A stretch of 64,000 nucleotides of DNA from the human T2T-CHM13v2.0 reference genome, Homo sapiens: assembly GCF_009914755.1 (NCBI RefSeq), contig NC_060940.1; one strand, 5' to 3'. Positions 39,070-52,947 of the stretch are shown one piece after another. Numbering within the stretch: the first letter of the stretch is position 1; each line of letters starts with the position of its first letter. A program made the translations under genes and the position numbers. Below the pieces are notes generated by a model that was given only the letters and a program-made list of their open reading frames with translations, did no database searches and was not told where the DNA came from.

Positions 39070-40811
39070 TAATTGTTATTTCAGGGTACATATCTGATCT
39101 TTTCATTGCTTTTCTTCTTTTGCACCTGTTTTTGTTATCGTTTTTCTTTAGTTTTTAGTCAAGTCGTATTTGATGTCAAGTTGTATTGAATTCTGTATGT
39201 TTACATTAAATACAAGACTTCAAGATTTATTTCTGCTTCAAGCAAATATCTAATTAGGAGTAGCTTGCCTTTATCTTTTTGAGAATTGTCTATTTTAAAT
39301 GAGATGTTTCAACACTGGTGAGCACTGCTATCTGGTTCAGTGGTTCACTTATAACTTTAGGTGATTTCAGGAACCCAACAAAAAGCCTGGTTGGTTTCCC
39401 CAGTCCCTTCCTCCTGAGTGAATATAAAGTCCATCTTTGCTTCCTCCTCCCAGTCGCATAGGACTGTGGCCATTTCTACTCCTCTGAGCCCCTTAGCAAC
39501 TGTTTTCAGAACTGGCATTGCCTTGAGTGGAGATGGAACCAAGTGTCAATCACATCCCTTGACTTTTCTTTTTCCAGATCTTGGCCCTACAAATACTCAT
39601 GGCCTTAAAGGTAGCTCTCTAGTATCTTCAAACATTTTTGTTTCTTAGGATTTGGGGTCCAGTTCATTACAGTACTACTGTACACACAAACTAGTCTACC
39701 ATTATAAAGTGAACTTCCCTTTTCTGATTTTAAAAACTAAAAGAGATTTGACAGAGGGTTTAGACACACACTGCTTTTTGAAGGGAGCCACTCACTGGCT
39801 GGTCTCACCTGTTTCCCTGCATCTCACTCTTCTCCCCAGACAAAATACCAGACTGCAGAGTTCATTTGATTTGAGCTACAATACCTCCTGTTTATTGATT
39901 CACAGATAGACAAGGTGATAATAGCTTCTGTCTTGCAATATTGTTTGCTGACAATTAAGGCACTATTTTTTGAGTAAAAACATTCAGAGAAAATATGGAT
40001 AGTGAGGATAGTAATAATTTACAGTAAGAATCAATAAAGCTGCAAAGTAAAAGAATAGATAAAGCATGATGAGATTGTTGGAGGATCTAAACAAAAATAG
40101 TAACAGTAACATCTTCCTAGAGCATATTAACTTCTCTTTGGGGAGAAATAGTGTTATTGCATAGAACCAAGGGTATGTTAACCCTAATAAACATATTTTA
40201 GAAAGCAAGAACAAAACCACACTGGTAGAATATGAATGTTAATGTTAGCTTAGGTTGACTCTGCTGATAATTGATGGTGAGTCTTGGATCTTTAGCAAAA
40301 TAAGCAACAGTTGAAATTTAGGAAAATCATTGTCCTTGTTAAAATTGTGGTGGGGAGAATTTGGTGTCCCTGTGTTCATACCCTTCCCCACCTGGACATC
40401 TCTTCCAGATTTTTGCAGGCAGATGAATAATGAAACTGGCAAATGAAGGAAAAGCTGTGAGAAAGCTTCAGAGTAGAGTGGCATAATTCAGGCAATCAGA
40501 AGAACCAATGTCCATAATCCATCTCATATTGCATCCAGCAGGCCATGTCATATACTAGTTATTTTATATAACAGTAAAAATTATTCTAACATAAGCAATG
40601 GTGAAGTTCCCAATGTTCTCTGTTCAGAAAGTTAAGGTTATAAAGCAGGCTTCACTTAGTGGGAGCTAAGAAATAGATAAACCCTGGATAGGAAGAAAAA
40701 ATGTTCTTTATATGCAAAGATAAGCTACAAAAACTGGTGATTTGGTTTGATGCATTATAAATTAATGACTAAAAAGCAAGTTTGACGGACTGAGGGACTG
40801 AGTTCTGTTAG

Positions 40812-41870
40812 ATATTAATGCACATATCACAAGTGTGTACAATCTGATTCATTTAAGCATACCTATATGACTAGTACCATGACCACAAAAATCCTTCCTT
40901 GGCTCTTCCTGCTCAAAACTACCAGCCGAAGCCATTTTCTAGACTTCTAAACCAATTGACTATTTGTTTTTGAAATGTTTACAAATGTCATGACATACTT
41001 AAACTTGTGTCAAACTTGTTAAACATTGAATTTGTGAGATTATCTATAGTTGTTCCTTGAAGTATAAGCTGAGTTAGAGTTTTGTATATTCAATTGCATA
41101 AATACAATATGAATTATCTGTCCATTCTACAGGTGGTGGATATCTGGGGCTTTGGCTATTACAAATGTTTCCATGAATCTTATTGTATATCTTTTAATAC
41201 ATATATTCTATGTATAACGGTTGATTATATACCTGGGGGTTGAATTGCTGGGTCATGAAATATATATATGCATACTAAATGTGAAAATACATAGTTTTTA
41301 GTATACACGGCCAAAGAGATGTCCAAAGTACCAGTGAGCATTTTCCCTTCCACCAGGAGAATACCAGTTACCTTCCCCCACATTCTCTCCAACATATGGC
41401 CATCCTTTCAATTGTATCCACTCTGGTGGTCATGTAATTTGCACTTTTGTATGATTGATGGAAAGTATTTTATTTACTGAGTTTATTTACTGAGTTTATT
41501 TACTAATTACTCCCACTCTGCTTTGCCTCTGTCATCTCTTTGGTGTCTTTTAATAAACAAATGTTCTTAATGTTTGTGAAATCCCATCTGTCAAACTTTT
41601 CCTGTAGGACTACTGCTTTTTGCATCTAGTTTCAGAAAATTTTGCTTACTCCAAATCATGAAAAACATTTTTTTGGATTCCAGTTCTCTGCAGAATTCCT
41701 CTCACCAATATTTTTGTGATAAATCAGTTTTAAACTTTCTGTGAACTCCAAAATGTTGATCACAGGCTATGTTTACTATTGTTATTGTTTTCTTGAAACT
41801 CTTTTAAATAAAATGTTCATTTTGTATGAAAAAAAATTTCCAGATTACAGATGCCATATTCCTTCCTGGA
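40812..41870 (-). mobile_element. L1ME-type 3' region
   Basis: tccattctacaggtggtggatatctgggg...tatatacctgggggttgaattgctgggtcatg. Confidence 0.7.
41471..41504. repeat. 13-bp tandem repeat TATTTACTGAGTT x2.6
   Basis: Directly visible. Confidence 0.9.
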
Positions 41871-41894
41871 AACTGGCAGGGTTCTTTTGTGTGA

Positions 41895-42151
41895 ATTTAA
41901 AGTACAAGTTCAGTTTTGTTACATGCATATATTGCCTGGCAGTAAAGTCTTGGCTCTTAGTGTATCCATTATCTGAATAATGTACATTTTGTACCCATTA
42001 AGTAACTTACCCTCCCCACTTCTGCCCGCCCTGCCTAGTCGCCAGTGTCTGTTATTCCACATTCTATGTCCACATCTACACATTATTTAGCTCCCACTTA
42101 CAAGTGAGGTATGACTTTTTTTCCTGAGTTGTTTCACTTAAGATAATGGCC
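41895..42151 (-). mobile_element. L1MA (MA3/4-like) 3' end fragment
   Basis: agttttgttacatgcatatattgc...tttagctcccacttacaagtgag...gtttcacttaagataatggcc. Confidence 0.85.
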
Positions 42152-42452
42152 AGCACAGTGGCTTACGCCTGTTGTAATTCTGGCACTTTGGGAGGCCAAA
42201 GCAAGGATTGCTGGAGCTCATGAATTCAAGAACAGTGTACGTAACATGGCAAAACCCCATCTCTACAAAAAGAAAAAGAGTCGGGCATGGTGCTGCACGC
42301 CTGTAGTCCCAGCTACTCGGGAGTCTGAGAAGAGAGGATGGTTTCAGCCCAGGACATCAAGGTTGCAGTGAGCCATGATCACTGCACTTCGGCAGTCCAG
42401 CCTGGGTGAAGATAGTGAGAGTGAGACCCCAGTCTTTTTTTTTTTTTTTTTT
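42148..42452 (+). mobile_element. AluJ ending in T18 instead of poly(A)
   Basis: ggccagcacagtggcttacgcctg...aggatggtttcagcccagg...gtgagaccccagtc followed by a T run. Confidence 0.9.
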
Positions 42453-42459
42453 AAAGTTG

Positions 42460-43128
42460 CATGTAGTTAATTTACAACATCACTGTGGGAGCCGAGATTC
42501 CAGAGTTGAGAGTGGGTTTAGATTTTTTATAAAACCTGGCCTATTTTCTGGTTACTCTACTTACAAATTGTTTATCAGGATGCCTTGCTACTTAGGGAAA
42601 CTAAATTCTAGTTTTGTACTTTACTGTGCTGTGAAACTGCAAAGTTCTGATTCTTAGAAATCTAGACCAATCTTCGCTTAGCCTCTCACCCTGTGGCCCT
42701 TTTCCATTGACAAACAGCTCAGAGATGAAAATTGGAGCAGCCAGGTTCACTTTGCACCTCTTCCCTTCCCTGCAGGATCTGGCCCCTCAAGTCCTGCCTA
42801 CTTGAAAAAATCTGAGCCCGATCTTCGAATCTGCCTCCTTATAAGACTGTCAAACACTGCTTAGCTGCTACTTTCTGTTCAGCTTTTCTACATCCTACCC
42901 TATGCTGTTTAACAATCTGCAAATGTCTTGACTAAAAATATGGAATGTTGGGCTCATCTCCAATGTGCTTTCCTTCTCTCCAGGTTCTTGGCTCCAGAAC
43001 TTCTAACTGCCTTGATAGCTCTCTGATACCTTCACAAATGTGTTTCTTATTATACTTCCTTTTCTAGTGTTCTTGGCATACATTTTGGTCAGCTGCAAAC
43101 TAATCTATCATCACCAGAAGCAGAAATC
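42460..43128 (-). mobile_element. HAL1/L1ME 5' region
   Basis: ctgccttgatagctctctgataccttca...atcaccagaagcagaaatc, similar to the recalled 5' terminus. Confidence 0.55.
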
Positions 43129-43467
43129 TTCAGTTACTACACTCTTGAGTCCAAAAATAACCCTAAAAATGAAAGAACATGATTGATAGGACAAAATTAC
43201 CATCAATCTAAAATATTTAAGTCAATGTATGACCACATTTCAAATGAGATTATTTGCTGATTTGATAATTGAAATGACTCATGGAGCTACATTAATTTGG
43301 CCCCTCCAGATCCCAACGTGAAAGATATAATTAAGAAAGTATTAGTATATATTTAATGCATTTGAACGCATAATATATTTATTTCACTTGAAATCCAAGA
43401 AACAGCATATTCTTGCCACAGAAAGCACTTTCCTAATTAGCTCTAGTGGTAGCTGTTATTTATTGTT

Positions 43468-43652
43468 CACAAGCACTTTAATATGCATTCTCATTAAATA
43501 CAACTCATGAAATACACAAGGATTACTGCTGTTTATATTTTTGAGATGAGAAAATAAGCAAAGAGTGGAAAGAAACTTGTTTTAAAGGCACACTGTAGTA
43601 ACTAGAGCAGCCAAAATTCAAATCAAGTGTATTTGATTCCAAAGCCCAAAGG
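43468..43652 (-). mobile_element. MIR
   Basis: gagatgagaaaataag...aaattcaaatcaagtgtatttgattccaaagccc. Confidence 0.65.
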
Positions 43653-44817
43653 CACATCTTTTGTATATACTATTCAATAAATTTACCCGGAGTTAGCTTG
43701 GGAGGGAAACTAGTGAGTATGTACATAAATATAAATGTAAATGGCATGTTTTCATCTTCTCGAGGAAATTTCAGCATTCCTGATACCGTGTGTACCAGCA
43801 AAAAGGACAAAAGAAGCAAACACTTTCACCTCTACTCATCAGATTCACCGAATTTGTTACAATTTTTTAATAGTTCGAGGTCCCCACTGGAAAAGTCAGC
43901 GCTGATTGCATAAGCTTCACCAGGAGCTGCAGCCGTCCCAGCATCCCTGCTTGTTAGTTCAATAATGCGGAAGTGAATATGAAGGCTGTGGGGGCCTCTG
44001 TGATAATATTGTTGGAATTTAGGATGTTATTAACAATTTGCAATACAAATGAGTAGTCTGCAGGAGAGGAATCATACTGTGATCATACCTAATCAATGTA
44101 AGAATTAAAAACAAGCTAACATGTGGGGAGGCACAGATGCAGATATTAGGAACTAAGCTTTTAGCCTGCCATTAGACTGCAGTCATTGGATTCAAGGTCA
44201 GAACATATGTGCTCAGATTTTATATTCTTTATTACCATTTTCATTGAACAGGAGCAAAACTAGAAAACTTCCTCACATGAATGTACGGAAAGAGTCTCTT
44301 TTGCTTCCATGCTAAGTAGAAACTCCTGGGACCACTCACTGGCGATCATATAGACTGAACTGAGATGTAAATCACAATCAGCTGTCACAGTGCGTTAATG
44401 ATCAGAAAAGGTCTTAGATGTGCCTTCATAATGCATTGTAATTTATTTAATCTCCTCTCTTTACCTCTCTTAATTCGTTAACTCTCAAAACATTTAATGC
44501 ACACCCTTTCCCGGTGTGTGATGGCTAATAGAAATCCAGCCTAAATAAGGAGTTGAGCGGTTTTTGAACAGTTAGGAAGTCTGGGGGTATATAAGGGCTT
44601 AAAATACACATACAATCCCATCTCCAGAAAATACTTTTCAGTGTAAAAGGAATGCTGCATTTAGTTGAATTTGTCTCTCTTGTCCCAGGTAAAGTGGTGG
44701 TTTCTTGTTTCAGTAAAGCGCTTTTAAGGGCTCTTACAATTATATTTTTATTTCTTACATATATTAAGTGTCAGTTTATTTTGGCAACAACTTTAAAGGC
44801 TATTGAAAAATGATTCA

Positions 44818-45145
<328 letters not shown>

Positions 45146-45367
45146 GTAAACCCAGCAGTCCCACTTTAAATCATTACTGTTAGAAAATTTTTATTTTCTA
45201 AAATTGAGCATCAAATAAGAATAGCCAGATCTTTTAGCAAAATATTGATAATTTGTATATGAGCAGTAGATCCTTCCTATGAATACGAAGTAATGACAAA
45301 AATATCCAGTTATTTAAGGATATGGGTAGTTGAGTTGATTGCTTTACAATTTTCTAATGCTAGTTTT

Positions 45368-45604
45368 CTTTCTTTGAGATGGCCTCTTTCACCCAGGCCA
45401 AAGAGCATCGCTGTAATCGCAGCTCACAGCAGCCTCCACCTTCACCATGTCCAGCTAATTAAAATTTATTTTTATTTTTTCATGGAGAGAAGCCTTCACT
45501 ATGTTGCCCAAGCTGGTCTCAAAATCTTGTGCTCAAGTGATTCTCCCACTTTGCTCCTGGAAGCAAAGTGCTGGGATTACAGGCATGAGCCACCACACCC
45601 AAAA
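45368..45604 (-). mobile_element. AluJ with an internal deletion in the right arm
   Basis: 14-bp TSD CTAATGCTAGTTTT at 45354-45367 and 45605-45618. Confidence 0.9.
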
Positions 45605-45898
45605 CTAATGCTAGTTTTTTTCACGGATAATATAGTTATCACCAACCAAATAAAGGCCTACAGAAACCCAGGGCTAATGTTTTATCTGTAATGCACCTGA
45701 TCTGTTCTTAGGCCTCCATCTACATCTGTTACCAGTATTCTAAGAAGGGCTGTATTCAAGTGGGAAGCACGGTAGGTTTAAAAATACTCTCCAGCCTTTA
45801 TTGATCATCTGTAGAAAATATAAGGGACATAATACATAGGATATAAGAATATAGATCAAATCCAGCCTTATATAGATACATAGTAATTGTATGCTAAG

Positions 45899-46248
45899 TG
45901 TACTAGTCTGTTCTCATGCTGCTAATAAAGACATACCCAAGACTGGGTAATTTAGGAATGAAAGAGGTTTAATTGACTCACAGTTCCACATGGCTGAGGA
46001 GGCTTCACAATCATGGTGGAATGCAAAGGAGCAAAGTCACATCTTACGTGGTGGTAGGGAAGAGAGTGTGTGCAGGGGAACTTCCATTTATGAAACCATC
46101 AGATCTCATGAGACTTACTCACTATGATGAGAACAGGATGGGGAAAACTGCCCCCATGATAAAATTATCTCCCCCTGGCCCTGCCCTTGACCCATGGGGA
46201 TTCTTACAATTTAAAATGAGATTTGGGTGGAAACGCAGCCAAACATGA
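45899..46248 (-). mobile_element. THE1C-like MaLR solo LTR
   Basis: tgtactagtctgttctcatgctgctaataaagacatacccaagactgggtaattt; TSD CTAAG/CTAAC. Confidence 0.93.
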
Positions 46249-46422
46249 CTAACAAATTCATTATTTTTTAAATCTATGAACATAGGATAGTATCTACTTT
46301 ACACAATTGTTCTAAAAATAGTAATATATTTGATGGACTGATTTTAAACAGAATGGAATTTAATGCAAGGATTTTGGAGTTTACAAATCCACTGGAGGAT
46401 CTGAAGAACAGTACACAGCATA

Positions 46423-46717
46423 CAGGTATCCCTCTGTTTCCATGGGACACTGGGTTATGTCCACCGATTGCATATAGGCTTATTTCCTTGTCCTTATTCC
46501 CTAAACACTACAGTGTAACAACTACTCACATAGCATTTACTTTGTATTAGGTACCGTAAGTAATCTAGAGATTATTTAAAGTATACAGAAAAATGCATAA
46601 ATTGTGTGCAAATACTGTGCCATTTTATATAAGGCACTTACACATCTTCTGATTTTGTATCCATGGGTTGGGAAAGGGGGTACTAAAACCAGTCCTTCAC
46701 AATCTCTTGGATACTGA
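46423..46717 (-). mobile_element. MER2 (Tigger-type DNA transposon)
   Basis: catagcatttactttgtattaggta...aagtaatctagagattatttaaagtatac...gcaaatactgtgccattttatataagg. Confidence 0.9.
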
Positions 46718-46734
46718 CCCTATGAGATGTAACG

Positions 46735-46941
46735 TAGTACTCAAACCTGACTTTCCATCTGAATCGACTTTCCATCTGAATCACCTGGAAGGCTTGTTAA
46801 AACACAAATTGCTGGGTCACGCTACCAGTTTCTTACTCAACGTGTCTCGGGTCAGACCGATCACTGGCTTTTCCAAAAAGCTCCCAAGTGATGTTGATAC
46901 AGCTGACCTAGGGGACCATACTATAAGAATTACTGCTCTAG
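46735..46941. mobile_element. MER5A containing a 17-bp tandem duplication
   Basis: gaatcacctggaaggcttgttaaaacacaaattgctgg...ctcccaagtgatgttgat; GACTTTCCATCTGAATC x2 at 46749-46782. Confidence 0.88.
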
Positions 46942-47373
46942 GGTAACAACCACTGAGGCTGCACCTAGACCTAGGCTGGAAACAAGCTGCTGCCACTACT
47001 GGTGGAGAATTGAACAAGGAAACTGCATTCCAGAAAAGTCAGATCCAGAAGGCTCTGCTGCTGCAGCTGCCTCTTGACCTTCAGGAAGATGTTTAGTTGG
47101 CAATGAAAAGCTTCTGCAAGGAAGCTCCATTTCTCCATGGTCCTGCCCATCAGAAGCCTGCACTTTCATCTGATAATCTATAAGGGATTTTTATTTTTTT
47201 TTTCTTTTAGCTTTATCAGGTCGAAGGAGGATACAATAGAGGTTAAATAACCTGTTTATTTTTTAAAGTGTCAATTTCTATTCTTTCTGGGTTTCCAACA
47301 TGTCAGGTTATAGAATGCAACATTAACTGAAGTGATTGACTAATCTCCTTTCTTTCTCACTGAAATTAACTAA

Positions 47374-47658
<285 letters not shown>

Positions 47659-47659
47659 T

Positions 47660-48545
47660 TGTTTTAATTCTTTTATCTTGGAAAAAATAGACCTGCAGAA
47701 AATTTCATAAGCACTTTTTTTGGATTTCCACATCTCCCTTCATTGCTAACATTGTGTCATATCTGCTTTCTCTATTCAGTATTTTTGCTGAACATGTGAA
47801 AGTTGTAGAGATCATGACTCTTCAGTAAATTCAACATGTTTTATCAAAGAACAAGGGCAATTTTCTGCATAATCACAGTGAAATTATCAAATTTAGAAAA
47901 GTAAATATTCAGTGATGTTATCAATATACTTCCATATTCAAATTTTGCCAATTACGCTCTATTTATATGGCAACTTTTTTTTTTTCCAGCCCATGGTCCA
48001 ACCAGGGTCACATACTACATTGAGTTGCCATGTTTTATATGCTTTAATTTGGGGCAGTTCTTCAGACATTTTGTCTTCCGTGATAGTGATATTTGTGAGG
48101 AGTATAGTCTAGTTGTGTTGTGGTCTATTCAGAGTTTAGCTGAATCTTTCCTGTTGTTTCAATTCGAGTTACGCATTTTTTAGCAGAATACTGCATAAAT
48201 GATACGTGTCCTTCTTCGTAGATCATATCAGGAAACACCTATTGTCATTTTATCCCACCAGTGGTTAAAGGTGGTGTTCACCAAATTTCTCCACTAAAGA
48301 TACATTGTGCGTTTTGTTAAGTTCTCTGTGGTGAAAAATCTTGAAACTGCAAAAATATCCTGTTCTGAAATCAACTTTCACCTAATGGTTTTAACATCCA
48401 GTAATGAATTTTTTTCTGCATTGGTTATTTCTAAGCTAGTCTGAAATAATGGTTTTTCTGTAGTCCCGATAGTATTAGAATTGGCATTCTACAGAAAGAA
48501 TAACCTTTTCTTCCATCTGTTTGTTGATACTGGGTAATGCATGAA
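47660..48545 (-). mobile_element. L1MC5-like 3' UTR
   Basis: aagaacaagggcaattttctgcataatcacagtgaaattatcaa...ccatattcaaattttgccaatt. Confidence 0.75.
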
Positions 48546-48673
48546 AAAACCATTTTGTAGAAAAGAGCTAATAGTATTCTGACAACCCTTTAAAATATGA
48601 AGCAAAAATACCCATTGGATTTGATACTAGTTCTTTGGAAAATTTGACACAATCTGCCAAGCAAAGTTTATCA

Positions 48674-48967
48674 TTTATTTTGAGACAGAATCTTGTTCAG
48701 TTGCCCAGGCTGGAGTGCAGTGGCACAATCATGACTAACTGCAGACCTGATCTCCCAGGCTCAAGCAATCCTCTCACTTCAGCCTCCAGAGTAATTGGAA
48801 CTAGAGTTATGTACCACCATGCCTAGCTAATTAAAAAGAAAAAAATTGTAGTTACAGGTTCTTGCTATGTTGCCCAGGCCAATCTCAAACTTCTGGGCTG
48901 AAGGGATCCTCCCACCTCAGCCTCCCAAAGTGCTGTGATTACAGGCATGAGCCCACTGCACCTGGCC
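48674..48967 (-). mobile_element. AluJ
   Basis: ggctcaagcaatcctc...cttgctatgttgcccagg...gatcctcccacctcagcctcccaaagtgct. Confidence 0.94.
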
Positions 48968-50591
48968 AGAGTTGACTTGATTATTGGCACAAACTCCTTT
49001 TCATTTCTTGGTAAACATTGTATTGCCACATGGAAGACATTTTCAATGTTTGCCAGCTTTTGGAAGATTTCTGTGGCCTGGTAAAAACATGATGGCAAAG
49101 TGGAGAAGCAGGGGAGCTCTACTCTGAATCTTCATATTTAGACAGATGCTTTCTGTGTTGTTCTTGGGTCTGTATACTCCTGAGATGACATCTTGCTTTT
49201 CTCAGTGTACCAACTTCTCTTTCTGATTTGACCAGCTGACTGTGTATTTTAAATATGCATATGCAAACAGAAATGTTAAATGTTTTACATTTCTTTCGTA
49301 TTTTTGGATGCTTTAGCCTACAGCTCTTCGCAAAATTTTCTAGCCCTAAGAGTCTTTTTATTGTGGCAACTAAATTACATAGGCTATAACAAATAACTTA
49401 TGGCATACTTTACAGGAATGTAATTGCCTGTAATGTCTACCTGTTTAGAGACATTGGCATCAAATATCATCTTAATGATATGGGTATGCATTCAGTTTTG
49501 CTTCTTTCTCATATATCAGAAAAGTAGGATGTTAGGAGTATTGGAAATATAGTGCATTCTACCAAAAAGTAAGATAGTTCTTAAATACAAAAGTTTATTA
49601 ATCCTTATACATTTTTAATAAACACATCCAGATTGGATTCTTGTTGGTTTTATCAGTGAAGGGAAATGAAGACATTTTCTGAAATTGGCAGGGTAAATTT
49701 TGAAGTGGTTACTCTTTCAGTTTCTTTTTGTTTTGATTTTAGATTATATTTTCCCCCCAAATTCTATAATCTAGAAATATGTCACGTAAGTCATTGTTAT
49801 TTATCTTTGAAACTTCAGTAGAGACATACTGTATACATGTAGTCTACAAATAGTGATTCAGCATGGGAGCAAGCTGAATGGAAGAGTGAGAAACTGAACC
49901 AAATCCTGTTTTAGAAAGAACCATGGAGATGGTAATGACTTGTGTTACGAACACAGATCCCCCCACTAGCCGTCGATTTACCAGTCTGTACTGATAAATG
50001 TTCGAAGTGATTTGTTATCCAAGTCAAAGATGGCCATGAGAAAAACAGAAAAGGACAGGATTATGTAGCAACTTGTTTTGACTATTTTTAAGCTACTCAT
50101 ATATTAAGTTCCTTACAGAATTCAGAAAAATGCAAAGTAGAAGAAAAGATAAAATCTCAGAGGTGTGCAGTTAGTGCTTTGTCCACTATGGGAATGAAAT
50201 GAAATACGGAATGATCTGACGTGGGTAAATTTCTTAAATAATGTGAACTTCTGTTTCTTCAAGGCAAGTTTGTTACAGCTGTGACTTGAAACGTGAACAG
50301 ATCATTTGCCATGGCCACATTAGTCCGTCTGCGGAAACTCAGCCATGTATTTTGTGTGTAAATGCAGTCCTGATCATAGTATATGTGTTCATTCTCCACT
50401 AAAGCCGACATCCTCCTTGTAATCTCAAGACATATATTAATTTGTAACTCAAAACTGTTCATTGCCACATGAAAAAGGGAAATTTTTTTTTAGTTTTCCA
50501 ACTACAATCTGAAATAATATTCCTTCAGAAATCTGATTACTAGAGACCATTTGACTCCACAGAAATATCTTAATGCTATAGTAAGTATAGA

Positions 50592-50740
50592 AATGACAAC
50601 AGCAAATATTGACCACTATGTACCAGGCTCTGTGTTAAGTTTTCTGAATATAAAATATGAATTACAACAGTTTGTATCTATTTTGGAATTGACTAAATTT
50701 AGGTTCAAGAAGGTTAGGTAACATACCCAAAGTAACTCAG
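50592..50740 (-). mobile_element. MIR
   Basis: actatgtaccaggctctgtgttaag...aggttaggtaacatacccaaagt. Confidence 0.6.
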
Positions 50741-51944
50741 GGAAAGTAAATGTTCATATGTGTAACCTCTCAGGTAACTGGGAAACACGTGAAATTAAGC
50801 AGTTTATTTTTCTTAAATATATGGGTTAATATTTTTAAGAGGTCAACATCTAATTATTTTTAAGGTGCACACAGTCTGAAAAATATTTACAACTTCAGAG
50901 TTCAGTAATACGTGACAGTGGTCAAAAGTATCACTGTTGGCAAAGAAATATCCTGGTGTCTGCATAAAGGTCTATTAAGCTGTAACCATAGCTGTTGAGT
51001 TCATTTTGGCTTCTGTGATTGCCCCCCTCCGCCCCAGACAAATCGGATTCCAGATTGCCTCGTGGCATTGAAATCGGGTTTTTTTTTTCCATTATATTAT
51101 TCTTTAAAGTTGATTTGCATTAAGGACTATGCAGTGCCTGCCATTTTAGCAGCTTTCCTTTTAAGTGTTCTTGGTGATTTTGTTAAGAGGCATATAGGAG
51201 TAAATGTGTGCAAGAAAAAAATACACAGAATAAAGTATATATAAATATAAATGGAAACTAAATAGATACATCTCAAGGAAAGACACAAAAACATTTATTT
51301 CCTGCTCCTGCAAATCAAAACAAAGCTTGTAGGGACTACATTTGATTTATTTTCTTCACAAAAGAATCATGTTAAGAGTGTGAATATATTTGTGGATATG
51401 TATTTGTAAGTGTTGACAAACTCTTGTTTCATTTGTGTGAAACTCCTACACTTGCCTTTACTTAATCAAAATCTTTCCTTGTATTCTGGAACTGCTTTTC
51501 CTGAGCTTTTTCACCAGTTAAAAAATTAAGACTTTCATTTCAATTAAGGGGGGGAGGTGGGTGGAAAGCATGGGAAAATAGAGGAAAATAGTGTCTTTCA
51601 AAGACAAATAGTGGGAGAAGGGTGGTGGGAAAGATTTTTTGTGAATTCATTTCAAGCTAGTTTTAAAAAATTCATATTTCACTAATAAACTGAGACCTTT
51701 TAAGATATTTAGGTGAATTTCTTAAAATGGCCAAGCTCAGGAATGTGAGAACATTGACATTCAGCACTTCTGTGGGTTAGAAATTCCTCTTCTTGCATAG
51801 GAAGAAGAGAAAATGCATGTTATCTATTGAGGTCTTTTCCACCTCGTCAAACAGCTGAGAGTCACCGACTTGTATTTTTGGATTACATCCGTGACTTTAT
51901 AAATGACAATATGCTTCAGGATATTTTCGTTTTCAGGTCTTCAG

Positions 51945-52400
51945 ATCTGCCCATAGTCCTCTGTAGGGAATGTGACTTGCCCACCTTCCTTAGAGGCATT
52001 CCTGTTTTTTCCTGTGATTCTCCCTCGTTCTCCCCAGTGCTGGTCATCAGTGATCATACAGGACTGGATACCTGATCAATGGAAGTCAACAACTTGGCTT
52101 TTTTGTTGTTCTATGAACCTGCTAGGAGTAACTATAGCAAACTCGCCTACCAAGAAGCAGACAGTGGGACGTATACACAGAGAAATGGAGTGAGAGACCC
52201 TGAGGCTCTGGAATGGGCTGTGGACAGGGAGCGGAGCTGCTTCAGTCCTGATGTATTCCGTTTCCTTGAACAGACCACGTAAGACCAGGACCTACTTTGT
52301 ATTCTGTCGTTGGATGCCACAGATATTCCTGCCCATAAAGATAGTCTTCACTGTGTAGAATTTGGGTAGAATTGCAGTCTTCTTATTACTAGAACTAATA
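51945..52400 (+). mobile_element. Old ERVL/MaLR-type LTR (subfamily unresolved)
   Basis: ctggtcatcagtgat...cagagaaatggagtgagagacc...cagtcctgatg...ends actagaactaata, like old LTR 3' ends. Confidence 0.5.
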
Positions 52401-52473
52401 GGAAACCCTCAAATATTTCATCAGTGCGTTCTGTATTCGGTGAACAAAAAGTGATTGTAATGTAAATGCGGGA

Positions 52474-52947
52474 TTCATTATTTACTCATTTATTCACCAC
52501 TTTTTGATGAATGCTTCATGTTCTAGGCACTTTCCTAGGGGCTGTGGTTATAGCAATAAACAAAATGGACAAATGTATTTATCCTCATGAAGCTTGCACT
52601 CCAGTGTGGGAGACAAGTAATAAGAATAAGAAGTGAGGGATGTTAATGATATCTTCTAGAGGAAAACTGAGGAAGAGAACAGGAAAAACTAGAGGGAAAT
52701 GTGCATTATTTGCAATGTCCGGAGTAGCCTTTATTTGGCAAAACAATGCTGAAGATGAGGGAGTGAGCCAAGAGGAAAACTAATGGCAGAGAACTTGGAA
52801 AAGAAGAAACAAGGAATGAAAAGGACTTTAGGGGGGTCATGCCTAGCAGGTTTGTAAAACAGACAATGGGGTGGCTAGAGTGAAGTGAGCAATTGAAGGG
52901 TAGCAGAATCGAGATCAGAGGAAACGGAGCCAGATTATGTAGAACCC
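52474..52947 (-). mobile_element. L2 (L2a-like)
   Basis: tcatttattcac...ctaggcactttcctagggg...cctcatgaagcttgcactccagtgtgggagac. Confidence 0.8.

Larger units (their letters stand above)
46340..47215 (-). mobile_element. Old MLT1-like LTR split by MER2 and MER5A
   Basis: Flanking pieces at about 46340-46410 and 46945-47215 resemble an antisense late-MLT1 LTR. Confidence 0.4.

Noticed and set aside
42385-42395. cacttcggcag, resembling the U6 snRNA 5' end
   Set aside because: Only about 10 bp, inside a diverged AluJ right arm, with no further U6 sequence
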